Origin: Somniosus microcephalus
Taxonomy: Eukaryota
Reading direction: 5' to 3'
NCBI GenBank assembly: GCA_052327205.1
Contig: CM126209.1
Location: forward strand, 200,632,001-200,696,000
Length of the DNA stretch: 64,000 nucleotides
Numbering within the stretch: the stretch's first letter is position 1; the number at the start of each line of letters is the position of its first letter. Below the pieces are notes generated by a model that did no database searches, was not told where the DNA came from, and saw only the letters and a program-made list of their open reading frames with translations. Of the stretch, positions 37,742 to 49,271 are shown in pieces. The translations under genes and the position numbers were made by a program.

Positions 37742-38984
37742 ATTATTTTTATCCAATTTAGAAGTGGCTTATTGGCACATTAAATTGACTAAAATTTTAA
37801 AAACCTGCTTTGGTTTTGAAGAGGAGATTATTCACCTTTAACTGTATTTTTTTCATATTCTTTGACTTCTTCACATATATATTTTTTTTGATTTTCCTCT
37901 GCAGAAGTTCCCCTTGGGATGATAAGGGAAAATGTATCTATTTAGAATTCCGGGCAGAGGCAACATAATCCTATTAAACTATGGAGCTGATTCTGTGGTC
38001 CTGTTGCAGTAACAGTGGGACTGCAGCTCCTCACAACCAATGCACGCCATTAGTGCAGTGACCTTGTCCATGCTCTGAAAATCAGGTTACTTAAGTTATT
38101 AGAACACCATCGAGGCACACATTAGCCCAGGTATAGATTCCGTACTGATGGAGAGGGCAAGAATTCCTTAAGGACTGCTGGAAAATATAAAAACATACAG
38201 CCATTTAAAGTTAAGCGACTGAAGGTGTGGGCTGTCAGAAAGTCTTTGGGGGGAGAAATTCCCTACCTTATCGCCACCTGTTTGCACCACTATCCTGGTG
38301 GAAAATGGCGGCTGCCACTCTAACGTCCTTCGCTGGCGCGGGACTCGGCGACTGCCATTTTGGTGAGGGCCTTAGCGCTGCTGACAGCAGTGCTGGCCCT
38401 GGAGATGCAAATGAGGAGAGCGTGACATGCCCGCCGACTTAACGTCACGCTCTGCGAACTTCAACCTTAGCGCTGAGTTTAGCGCTGGGTCCTAAGCTCA
38501 CTTTGAAATGCAAGCATGCAGCTGAATGACAGAGATGCTGTGAGCGCTTCTTAAAGGGACACACCCATCTTTCAGGTAAGTTTGCATTTAAGCCTTTGGA
38601 CTGGATTTTTTAATATTTTATTGAAGTAGTGGTGTAGGAGTCGCTGGAAATAAACAGACTGCGAGATTTTCATAGCAGCAAAGAAAAACGCGTGTTAGCT
38701 TTATTAACTCTCCGCATGGACTGAGTGACTTGGCCTCGTCGCAGGGCTGTGACATCATCACACAATCGACGACTCTTAAAGGGACCCTGCCCCGATAACC
38801 CAACCAAGTTCCGTACATAACGTGGAGCGATAACAACATTGACTGTATATAGTGAATTGTGTTACTGTCCCTATGTGGTCTCCGCCACAGTGGGTTGGTG
38901 TAATATAGGTGAAAAGTTTTTTTTAAGTGTGCAGGGAGTGCTCCTGGAAGCTTGCAAGGCCTTGGATGGTAAATGAAGGCCTCT

Positions 38985-39120
38985 GAGAAGACAGAAAATG
39001 CTGGACATACTCAGCAGGTTAGCCAACACCCCCTGAGAGAGAAACAGAGTTCACGTCTCAGGTCGAGATGCTGCCTGGCCTGCTGAGTATTTCCAGAATT
39101 TTATGCTTTTATTTCAGATT
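38985..39120. repeat. Short palindromic repeat remnant (probably Penelope-terminus-derived)
   Basis: AAAATGCTGGACATACTCAGCAGG ... CCTGCTGAGTATTTCCAGAATTTT inverted arms. Confidence 0.55.
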
Positions 39121-39417
39121 TAATGCATCCACTCGCAGAGAGAAGATGAAGATGCAGAAGAGGAGGAAGCAGAAGGAAGGATGCAACCCAGACAGCCCCT
39201 TTCTAGCTGGGATATCTGGGATGGAATCACCCACCTGCAGTACCAGTGACCGCAACCCAAATTTCACTTTCAACATTTGTCCCACACCTTACCATCCCTC
39301 TGTTACTGACCATCACAGCGTCCTCTTGGCCACAATGCTGAAATAAGAGCCACCACAAAGCAAACTTTCCAATCCAACTTTATACATCTATCCATCCAAA
39401 ATGACATCAAGAAATAT

Positions 39418-40115
39418 GGGGCTAGATTTTCAGTTGCTTGCGCCAGCAGTTAGCGCCTTAAGAGAAGTGATTTTCGGGCGCTATGCGTGTAGCGCCCGGG
39501 CGCAGCGCAGTTTGCGCCCCGCCCCAAATTAAGTTGCCCGTTAGCGCCGGCGCAAAGTTTAGCGGCCGCCCGGATGCGCGCGCAGAAAATGACGTCACAT
39601 CCTCGTGCAACGCCCTTTGGCCGCCCCGAATACAAACTTCAGTCGGACCGCCCGATTGTGCGGCTGGCGTCCAGAGCGTTTGTAAAATGGAACGCAACAC
39701 ACCCTGGGGAGCGCAAATTAAAGGGCCCTCCTCCTGCACTATAATGGAAGGAACCAGTGTGTTGTGAATGGTGTATTTATGTTTTCCTCCTCCTCCTCCT
39801 CCTCCTCCTCCTCCTCGTTCTTTTCCCCCCCCCAGACTCTGCCTTTGCAAAAAAACACATGCACCCTTCTCCTTTAAGAGCTCACTGGCACCAGAGTGTC
39901 TGCCGTGCGCTGCGCCCGAGCTCGGGCGCAGCGCTCTGCACCGCCGGCTTAGCGCCTAAAGATAGTAGTGGAACGCCTCTTTTAGCGCTCCACCAACCTC
40001 TTAGGGCGAAGCCACTGAATTTCCGGCAACGGGGCGCTACTTTGGGGCGGGCGCTAACTTCGGGCGGGCGCTAAGGTTAGCGCCCCAAAACTGTCTATAC
40101 TGAAAATCTAGCCCC
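39418..40115. mobile_element. Harbinger-type MITE
   Basis: Perfect 17-bp TIR GGGGCTAGATTTTCAGT; subterminal TTAGCGCC/GGCGCTAA repeats; TSD not clean. Confidence 0.9.
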
Positions 40116-40289
40116 AACTCTTCACGCTTATGCATTCCCTTAGTGACTGTCTTGTGTGTGCCTTTGCCTAGCCTAGTGATGTCATACTGTGCTACCCCAG
40201 TGGCTGCAGCATGGCTGGTGGAAGGCTGCTGACTTTCAGTGGGGTCACTGCAAATGGCCTTGATGGTTGACCTTGAGGAACTGGTGGCT

Positions 40290-40949
40290 GGGAGTGTGAA
40301 ATCGAGTGATGGATTTTCCTCTTCTTCACTCTCCTCTCCTTCTTCTTGGTTAACCACTGGCTGGGCCGGCTGCATTTCTTGGGTGTGTGAAATGAGGAAG
40401 ACACAAGGGTGGAGTTTTGGTGCGGGGTGGGTGGGAAAGCAAGAGGAGCATGCCAGAAGGAGGATAACGTATGGGGATACCAGCATTTTGAATCCTTTCA
40501 GCCCCGCTGCTGGCCAAGGACTCAGCCATGCCCCGGCCAAGAATGGCCAGCACTCTCTCCTCCAAGGGGATGAAGTGAGACTAGGAATGGGAGGTGTACC
40601 TCTTGTTTGGTAGCGACTATTGGTAGGTGAGTGAGAGGGGTGTGGGGGTCATGCATTGAGCAGTGTGTGAGGCTAGTGATGCAGTTGGTAGAAGACTGCT
40701 TTTGACGATGCATTCACTTACCTTGACCACTGGTCTGAGGTCATGAAGCTTCTTTGGGCACTGGAGCCAGGTGGTGGGGTTGACACTGCTGGCACTGACA
40801 GCCTCGGTGATGTAGTCCCACATTCTTCTTTCTGGAGGGCCCCCTGCCCCTGTGGGTAGAGGACCTGCCTTGCAGTGTTGAGCCCCAGCACAAAGCTGGA
40901 GTGCTGCATGTGAGGCCCTGGGTGCCACATCCCTGGCTTGTTGAGCCAT
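40290..40949 (-). pseudogene. Harbinger Myb/SANT-like gene remnant (about 3 exons)
   Basis: WDYITEAVSASSVNPTTWLQCPKKLHDL...VK|GTAAGT (donor after 40722); then MEERVLAILG block; then acidic EEGEESEEEE block. Confidence 0.7.
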
Positions 40950-42239
40950 TTGAGTTAGCGCTGAACACTTTCCCCAATTTTTTTTTAGGTGCGGAAGGCA
41001 ATTCAGCTTTAAGAGCTGAAGATTCCCACTTGGGAATTCTTTTTATATTAATTTTTTTCAGAAGGCAGTTGAGCTGTAAGGGCTAAAAACTGCCTATTTT
41101 TACATGATTTTTATTTTTTTCAGTTCAGAAGACAGTTCCCCTTTAAGAGACTAAACTGGTTTCTGAACTGACAGCCTCGCTTTAAGAAGAGGCTGTTCTT
41201 GCTGCAATGACCATCAGGCCACGCTACATTAGGGCCTTCTGCCGGGATGAACGCCACCAGAACGGCGTTGCATAATAAGATTAGCACTGGGTTAATGTTA
41301 AATATCCACCAGTGCCAATTTACCGGTCCTGAGAGCGCCATCATTTTCACCGTCCATTAACATCGGCCTGCGGTAGCACTGGCAGTTTTTTTTAACGCTA
41401 TCCGATTTCTAAGCCTTTCAGCCTTCAAAAAGACTGAAAACAGTTTTTAAGTGTTTGCCTTTCCAGAGGCTGTCTGGGGCTGGGGGGAGAAGTGGCAGGC
41501 AGAAAGCAAGGGTGGCCCCTGTGTCAAGGCACAAAACATAATCTGTGGGCTAGTGGTAGAATGGCATAGGCCATTTGATGCAGCTTTAGGTTGGTGTGAG
41601 AAAGATAAGCATGACTAGTATTCCAGGGCATAACCCCCACAAAACAGCAGTGCATCATGCCTGGCAAGAGGTGACAGCCAGGCACAACACTGTACCTGCA
41701 AAACCTAGGAACAGATGCGGGTGAAGATTTTAAGGAACATGGCAAGGAACAGTACCATGTACATGGTCCAAGATTGGATGCCACAAAATTACAGGAAACT
41801 TTGTGTTATCCGGAGGCTAAATGTCCGGCAAGCTCGAGCCACTGGCAAAAATCAGGAGACGTTTTTTTTCTTTTCGTTTCTTTTTTCTCAACAGTCAAGC
41901 TCTGCAAGGCCTGTAGCTAAGCAACAGCTTCAGCTAGAGACGCTACAGAGATGCTTGCCGACTGTTTAGAAGCTGTTGCTAAGCAACAGGGTTTGTTGAT
42001 TCACACGGAGCTGAAAATCTCTGTATGTTTCAACATTAATGCTGGAGTGTCCGGCAGTTTTGAGGGAGCGGCAACAGCTCGGTCCCGTCGGTGCCGGATA
42101 GCACAAAGTTTCCTGTACACCTGTTCCACATTTACTGCTTGTCCGTGCCAAGCGTTCACACAATGTAACCACTTTTTCATTAAATCTCATGCACACCTAC
42201 ACTACAGCATGGCTTTCATTCAAGCTAGAACTTACAAAT

Positions 42240-42620
42240 GAAAGCCTTACCACACTCATGGTCACTTGCTGACATACAGAGTGCCCTTCAAGTTGGCATA
42301 TGGCAACCATCAGTGACCCCTTGTGCTTTGGGAAATGCAGTAGTGCAGTCACTTTTGGCAGCGGAGTCATGCTATTCATTGGGGCGGAGATGAAAGTGCT
42401 CACCGGCTGACCTATTTACGTCAGCAGCACATTAGCAGTGGCAGCTGAGAATGTGCCACAGGGCAGTGACCTTGACAAACACTGGCATCATCATCCCTTT
42501 GTTACAAGTTGTTGCCGTGCTAAAGTTCTTCAATTGGCTCCCTGCTGACCCCATAGCAAGCTGAGGCTGTGGACTTCTGTCATTGGTGTGCCAAGGTCTG
42601 CAGATATGGCCAAGTTGTTG
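42240..42620 (-). pseudogene. Harbinger/HARBI1-like DDE transposase relic
   Basis: FPKAQGVTDGCHMP (42294-42335) resembles the first catalytic-Asp motif FPxxxGxIDGxH; upstream PVFVKVTAL resembles the conserved KVxxAL motif. Confidence 0.65.
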
Positions 42621-43089
42621 CTCAGTTCCTTGGCATGCTTCCTTCCATCTGGTACTACCTCAACTATGAAATACTTTAATTGAGGTAACAAATATATCTT
42701 GAGCAAAAAAAAAGTCCCCCAAAACATTCTCAAATTTAAAAAAAAATCAGAAATATGGGCGGCAGCAGCGGACCTGCGGGAGACGAGGCGGCTGAGCGGC
42801 GGCGGTTATTTAAACCAGCGGCAGAGACTAGGTAGGCTTACTAATCTCTAGGGAGGGAGAGAAGTCAAAAGTAATCGAAGCGTGACGTCACCAGAAAGCA
42901 GGTAAGTGATTGGTTGGTGAGTATTTCTCTCTTTTTAAACTTTAACTCTGTGGTTTATAGTTTCTAGGGTCTCTGTGGTGTAGCGGGGACTGTTGGTAAA
43001 CCAGGGCCCTTAATTATATCATTTAACTGTAGTGTAATTGGTGGGATTGATTTGATTTAATTTAATTTGAATTAATTAAAGGGTAAGTC

Positions 43090-44026
43090 ATGGCAGGAGA
43101 GCCCGGCCCCGTGGAATGCTCCTCCTGCGCTATGTGGGAACTCAAGGACACTTCCTGTGTCCCTGACAACCATGTGTGCAGGAAGTGTGTCCAGCTGCAG
43201 CTACTGGCAGACCGCATTGCGGCGCTGGAGCTGCGATTGGATACATGCTGGACCATTCGCGATGCTGAGGACGTCGTGGATATCACGTTTAAGCAGTTTG
43301 TCACAACGCAGGCAAAGGTTGGACAGGCAGAAAGGGAAGGGGTGACCAACACAGAGTAGTAGGCGCAGGCAGGTAGTGCAGGGGTCCCCGGTGGACATCC
43401 CCCTCTCAAACAGATATACCACTTTGAATACTGTTGAGCGGGATGGCTTATCAGAGGAAGGCAGCAGCAGCCAACTTCCTGGCACCAGGGGTGGCTCTGC
43501 TGCACAGGACGGGAGGAAAAAGAGGGGTAGAGCTATAGTAATAGGGGATTCTATTGACAGGCGTTTCTGCGGCCGCAAACGAGACTCCAGGATGGTGTGT
43601 TGCCTCTCTGGTGCAAAGGTCAAGGATGTCTCAGAGCAGCTGCAGAACATTTTAGAAGGGGAGGGTGAACAGCCAGTTGTCGTGGTGCATATAGGTACCA
43701 ACGATATAGGTAAAAAACGGGATGAGGTCCTAAAAGCTGAATATAGGGAGTTAGGAGGTAAATTAAAAAATAGGACCCCAAAGGTAGTAAACTCAGGATT
43801 GCCACCAGTGCCGCGTGCTAGTCAGAGTAGAAATAGAAGGATATTTCAGATGAATACGTGGCTAGAGGAATGGTACAAGGGGGAGGGATTCAAATTCCTG
43901 GGACATTGGAACCGGTTCTGGGGGAGGTGGGACCAGTACAAACCGGATGGTGTGCGCCTGGGCAGGGCCGGGACCGATGTCCTAGGGGGAGTGTTTGCTA
44001 GTGCTCTGGGGGAGGGTTTAAACTAA
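43090..44026 (+). pseudogene. CR1-A ORF1: CxxC/CxxC zinc finger, leucine zipper, SGNH esterase
   Basis: CSSC...CRKC, LQLLADRIAALE; IVIGDS, HIGTND, DGV; stop at 43357-43359 and frame change. Confidence 0.9.
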
Positions 44027-44136
44027 AATGGCAGGGGGTTGGGAACCTGAGCAGGGAGACAAAGGAAAGGGAAACAAGGATAAAAGCAAAAGATAGGAAG
44101 GAGAAAAACAAAAGTGGCAGTCAGAGAAATCAACAG

Positions 44137-44986
44137 GGCAGCAGCGGGGCTATAAAAGTCCCAGAGACCAGGTAAGGCCTCAGTGTGTCGGCGGGTGTTT
44201 CAGCGGCAGCAGCGGGGCTATAAAAGTCCCAGAGACCAGGTAAGGCCTCAGTGCGTCGGCGGGAACTCGGCGGCAGCAGCGGGGCTATAAAAGTCCCAGA
44301 GACCAGGTAAGGCCTCAGTGCGTCGGCGGGAACTCGGCGGCAGCAGCGGGGCTATAAAAGTCCCAGAGACCAGGTAAGGCCTCAGTGCGTCGGCGGGAAC
44401 TCGGCGGCAGCAGCGGGGCTATAAAAGTCCCAGAGACCAGGTAAGGCCTCAGTGCGTCAGCGGGAACTCGGCGGCAGCAGCGGGGCTATAAAAGTCCCAG
44501 AGACCAGGTAAGGCCTCAGTGCGTCGGCGGGAACTCGGCGGCAGCAGCGGGGCTATAAAAGTCCCAGAGACCAGGTAAGGCCTCAGTGCGTCGGCGGGAG
44601 CTCGGCGGCAGCAGCGGGGCTATAAAAGTTCCAGAGACCAGGTAAGGCCTCAGTGCGTCGGCGGGAACTCGGCGGCAGCAGCGGGGCTATAAAAGTCCCA
44701 GAGACCAGGTAAGGCCTCAGTGTGTCGGCGGGAGCTCGGCGGCAGCAGCGGGGCTATAAAAGTTCCAGAGACCAGGTAAGGCCTCAGTGCGTCGGCGGGT
44801 GTTTCAGCGGCAGCAGAGGGGCTATAAAAGTCCCAGAGACCAGGTAAGGCCTCACAGCGTCGGCGGGAACTCAGCGGCAGCAGCGGGGCTATAAAAGTCC
44901 CAGAGACCAGGTAAGGCCTCAGTGCGTCGGCGGGAACTCAGCGGCAGCAGCGGGGCTATAAAAGTCCCAGAGACCAGGTAAGGCCT
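44137..44986 (+). repeat. 13-copy tandem array of 67-bp monomers (CR1-B 5' UTR), each with TATA, Inr and 5' splice-site motifs
   Basis: TATAAAAG starts at 44151, 44219, 44286, 44353, 44420, 44487, 44554, 44621, 44688, 44755, 44823, 44890, 44957. Confidence 0.97.
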
Positions 44987-45043
44987 ACCAATCTCCAGTC
45001 TGGGAACTCGGAGGGAAGGAGAGAGGTAAAAAGTAATCCAATG

Positions 45044-45083
45044 TGACGTCACCAGAAAGCAGGTAAGTGATTGGTTGGTGAGT
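45044..45083 (+). promoter_or_regulatory. Conserved CR1 5' UTR block: CRE, splice donor, reverse CCAAT
   Basis: TGACGTCACCAGAAAGCAGGTAAGTGATTGGTTGGTGAGT, identical at 42883-42922 in element A. Confidence 0.6.
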
Positions 45084-45206
45084 ATTTCTCCATTTTTAAG
45101 CTTAAATCTCTTTGGTTTATAGTTTCTAAGGTGTGATATTCACCATCTAGAATCGGGGCAGAGGGTATTTAAGAATAATATTAATAAATTTAATTAATTA
45201 CATAGA

Positions 45207-46163
45207 ATGGGAGATCAGGTGATGTGTTGCTGCTGCAATATGTGGGAGCTGGTGGACACCATTGATGCTCACGGTGATCACATTTGCAGTAAGTGTTGGC
45301 TGCTCGAGGAATTCCGGCTCCGTGTTGAAGAGCTGGAGTCCGAGCTTCAAACACTGAGACACATCAGGGAGGGGGAGAGTTACCTGGACTCTGTGTATCA
45401 CGAGGTATTCACACCAATTAGATTAATTAATTCAGATGTAGTCCGTGGCCAGGGTCAGGATGGTGTGACTAGAAGTGAGGCAGGTACGGGGATCCAGGAG
45501 GTAGTGTTGGAGGAGCCGCAGCCCTTGCACTTGTCCAACAGGTTCGAGGCTCTTAGTCCCTGTGAGGATGGGAACAGGGACTGCGGGGAGGATGAGCAAC
45601 CCGGCCACAGCACCGTGGAGCAGGGGGCCATTCAAGTGGGGGGAGTTAAAAGAAATGTTGTAGTAGTAGGGGATAGTATCGTTAGGGGGATAGATAGAGT
45701 TCTTTGCAGCCGAGAGCGTGAGTCCCAAAGGCTGTGATGCCTGCCCGGTGCCAGGGTTAAGGACATCTCCTCTGGACTGGAGAGAAACTTGGAGTGGGAG
45801 GGGGAGGATCCAGTTGTCGTGGTCCATGTTGGTACCAATGACATAGATAGGACAAGGAAGGAGGTTCTGCTGAGGGAGTTTGAGCAGCTAGGGGCCAAAT
45901 TAAAAAGCAGAACCACAAGGGTAATAATCTCTGGATTATTACCTGAGCCACGAGCAAATTTGGCTAGGACAAATAAAATTAGAGAGTTAAATGCGTGGCT
46001 CAAAGACTGGTGTGGGAGAAATGGGTTTTGCTTCCTGGGACACTGGCACCAGTACTGGGGCAGGAGGGAGCTGTTCCATTGGGACGGGCTTCACTTGGCC
46101 AGTGCTGGGGCTAGAGTCCTGGCAGATCATATAACTAGGGCTGTAGAGAGGGCTTTAAACTAA
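45207..46163 (+). pseudogene. CR1-B ORF1 (zinc finger, zipper, SGNH esterase) with one in-frame stop
   Basis: CCCC...CSKC; VVVGDS, HVGTND, DGLH; TGA at 45735-45737. Confidence 0.9.
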
Positions 46164-46424
46164 CTAGTGGGGGGGAGGTTCCTAGAGAGCAAATAATAAA
46201 AATGACAACAGAGAAGGTCATAGACTTAGGTAGCAGTGGGGAAATTAAAAGCCAGAGCGTGTCAGGAAGGGGCAGAAGGTATGGAGTAAAAGGTAAAGTA
46301 ATAAAAAGGGCAAAAGCAGGAACTAAGTGTCACAAAACATATTTGAAAGTTCTCTATCTGAATGCACGTAGCATTCGTAACAAAATAGACGAGTTAATGG
46401 CACAAATAACTACATATGGGTATG

Positions 46425-46592
46425 ATCAAATCAAAAAAATCAAATCAAATCAAATTTTATTGTCATTGTTAGTGCACAAGTGCAGTACAACGAAATGTAG
46501 GCTTGCGGCTCCCGAGAGTGTACATTTGGACATTTAAACATTCAACATACATTTGGCTTGTAGTATATTAACATAAATATGACCATAATAAA
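46425..46592 (-). mobile_element. Short 3'-tail fragment of a Rex1/Babar-like LINE inserted in CR1-B endonuclease
   Basis: Minus strand ends AATAAAATTTGATTTGATTTG; interrupts YGYD/VVITETWL. Confidence 0.6.
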
Positions 46593-47489
46593 GTGGTCAT
46601 TACAGAAACATGGCTGCAGGGTGACAATGCCTGGGAATTAAACATAGCAGGTTATTTAACGATCAGGAAGGACAGGCAGGAAGGAAGGGGAGGTGGGGTG
46701 GCTATGTTAATAAAGGAAAGAATCACTGTAATACAGAGAAATGATATAGGGTCAAAAGATCAGGATAATGAAACAGTTTGGGTGGAGGTAAGTAATAATA
46801 AGGGGAAAAAAACACTAGTGGGTGTAGTCTATAGGCCTCCGAACAGTGGCAACTCTGTTGGACGGAGTATCAATCAGGAAATAGTTGAGGCTTGTAATAA
46901 GGGAACATCTATAATTTTAACTATCATATTAATTGGACAAATCAAATTGGGCAGGGCTGCCTTGAGGATGAGTTCATTGAGTGTATTAGGGATGGGTTTC
47001 TTGAGCAGTATGTAACTGAATCAACCAGGGGGCAAGCAACCTTAGATCTGGTCCTGTGTAACGAGACAGGATTAATTAAAAATGTCCTAGTAAAGGATCC
47101 CCTTGGAATGAGTGACCATAACATGGTTGAATTCCATATTCAATTAGAGGGTGAGAAGGTTGGATCTCAAACAAGCGTGCTAAGCTTGAATAAAGGAGAC
47201 TATGAAGGTATGAGAGCAGAATTGAGTAGAGTGGATTGGGAAAATAGATTAAAGGGTAAGACGATACATGATCAGTGGTGTACATTTAAGGAGTTATTTT
47301 ACAACTTCCAAAAAATATATATTCCACTGAGAAGAAAAGGGTGTAAAAGAAAAGACAGCCATCCGTGGCTAAGTAAAGAAATTAAGGATAGTATTCGACT
47401 AAAAACAAGGGCATATAAGGTAGCCAAATCTAGTGGGAGGATAGAGGATTGGGAAAACTTTAAAAGACAGCAAAAAATTAAAAAAAAGA

Positions 47490-49271
47490 TTGATTAAGAA
47501 AGGGAAGATAGATTATGAAAGTAAATTAGCAAAAAATATAAAAACAGATAGTAAGAGTTTTTATAGTTATATAAAAAGAAAAAGGGTGGCTAAAGTAAAT
47601 GCTGGTCCCTTAGAGGATGAGACCGGGAAATTAATGGTGGGAAATATGGAGATGGCAAAAACACTGAATGAATATTTTGTATCAGCCTTTATAGTAGAGG
47701 ACACTAAGAATATCCCAACACTGGACAAACAGGGGGCTATAGGGGGGGAGGAGCTAAACACGATTAAAATCACTAAGGAAGTGGTACTCGGTAAAATAAT
47801 GGGACTCAAGGTGAATAAATCACCTGGACCTGATGGCTTACATCCTAGGGTCTTGAGGGAAGTGGCGGTAGGGATTGTGGATGCATTGGTAATAATTTTC
47901 CAAAACTCCCTGGACTCGGCAAAGGTCCCGGCAGACTGGAAAACTGCTAATGTAACACCCTTATTTAAAAAGGGCAGTAGACAGAAGGCTGGAAACTATA
48001 GATCGGTTAGCCTAACATCTGTGGTAGGTAAAATTTTGGAGTCCATTATTAAGGAGACAGTAACAGGACATTTGGATAATCATAATTTAATAGGACAAAG
48101 TCAGCATGGTTTTATGAAGGGGAAGTCATGTTTGATAAATTTGCTGGAGTTCTTTGAGGAAGTAACATATAGGGTGGATAAAGGGGAACCAGTGGACGTA
48201 GTGTATTTAGACTTCCAAAAGGCATTTGACAAGGTGCCACACAAAAGATTATTGCTTAAGATAAAAAATCACGGGATTGGGGGTAATATTCTGGCATGGA
48301 TAGAGGATTGGCTATCTAACAGAAGGCAGAGAGTTGGGATAAATGGTTCATTCTCAGACTGGCAATCAGTAACTAGTGGTGTTCTGCAGGGGTCAGTGCT
48401 GGGTCCCCAACTCTTTACAATCTATATTAATGATTTGGAGGCGGGGACCGAGTGTAACATATCAAAGTTTGCAGATGATAATAAGATGGGAGGGAAAGTA
48501 GTGAGTGAGGAGGACATAAAAAACCTGCAAGGGGACATAGACAGGCTAAGTAAGTGGGCAGAGATTTGGCAGATGGAATACAATACTGTAAAGTGTGAGG
48601 TTATGCACTTTGGCAGGAAAAATCGTCGAGCAAGTTATTATCTTAATGGCAAGAAACTTGAAAGTACTGAAGTACAAAGGGATCTGGGGGTCCTGGTGCA
48701 TGAAACTCAAAAGGTTAGTATGCAGGTGCAGCAAGTGATTAAGAAGGCCAATGGAATGTTGGCTTTCATTGCTAGGGGGATAGAATATAAAAATAGGGAG
48801 GTATTGCTTCAGTTGTACAAGGTATTGGTGAGACCGCACCTGGAATACTGCGTACAGTTTTGGTGTCCATACTTAAGAAAGGACATACTTGCTCTCGAGT
48901 CAGTACAAAGAAGGTTCACTCGGTTAATCCCAGGGATGAGGGGATGGACATATGAGGAGAGGTTGAGTAGATTGGGACTCTACTCATTGGAGTTCAGAAG
49001 AATGAGAGGCGATCTTATTGAAACATATAAGATTGTGAAGGGGTTGGATCGGGTGGATGCGGGGAGGATGTTCCCGATGATGGGTGAAACAAGAACTAGG
49101 GGGCATAGTCTTAGAATAAGGGGCTGCTCTTTCAAAACTGAGATGAGGAGGAACTACTTCACTCAGAGGGTGGTAGGTCCATGGAATATGCTGCCCCAAA
49201 AAGCTGTAGAAGCTACATCATTACATAAATGTAAAACAGAAATAGAGTTTCCTAGAAGTAAAGGGAATTAA
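47490..49271 (+). pseudogene. CR1-B ORF2 reverse transcriptase region (593-aa open segment; upstream frameshifts)
   Basis: QHGF, YLDFQKAFDKV, QGSVLGP, KFADD. Confidence 0.93.

Larger units (their letters stand above)
38248..41414. mobile_element. Internally deleted Harbinger element with spliced Myb/SANT gene remnant (minus) and nested MITE
   Basis: Left terminus GGGGGAGAAATTC, right GATTTCTAAGCC; Myb exons 40290-40949; homologous to 1163-2013. Confidence 0.6.

Noticed and set aside
38985-39120. Penelope-associated hammerhead ribozyme
   Set aside because: CTGATGA core is absent and the GAAA motif is mutated in this copy
44137-44986. CRISPR-like array
   Set aside because: Units are near-identical end to end with no unique spacers; vertebrate context; no cas genes
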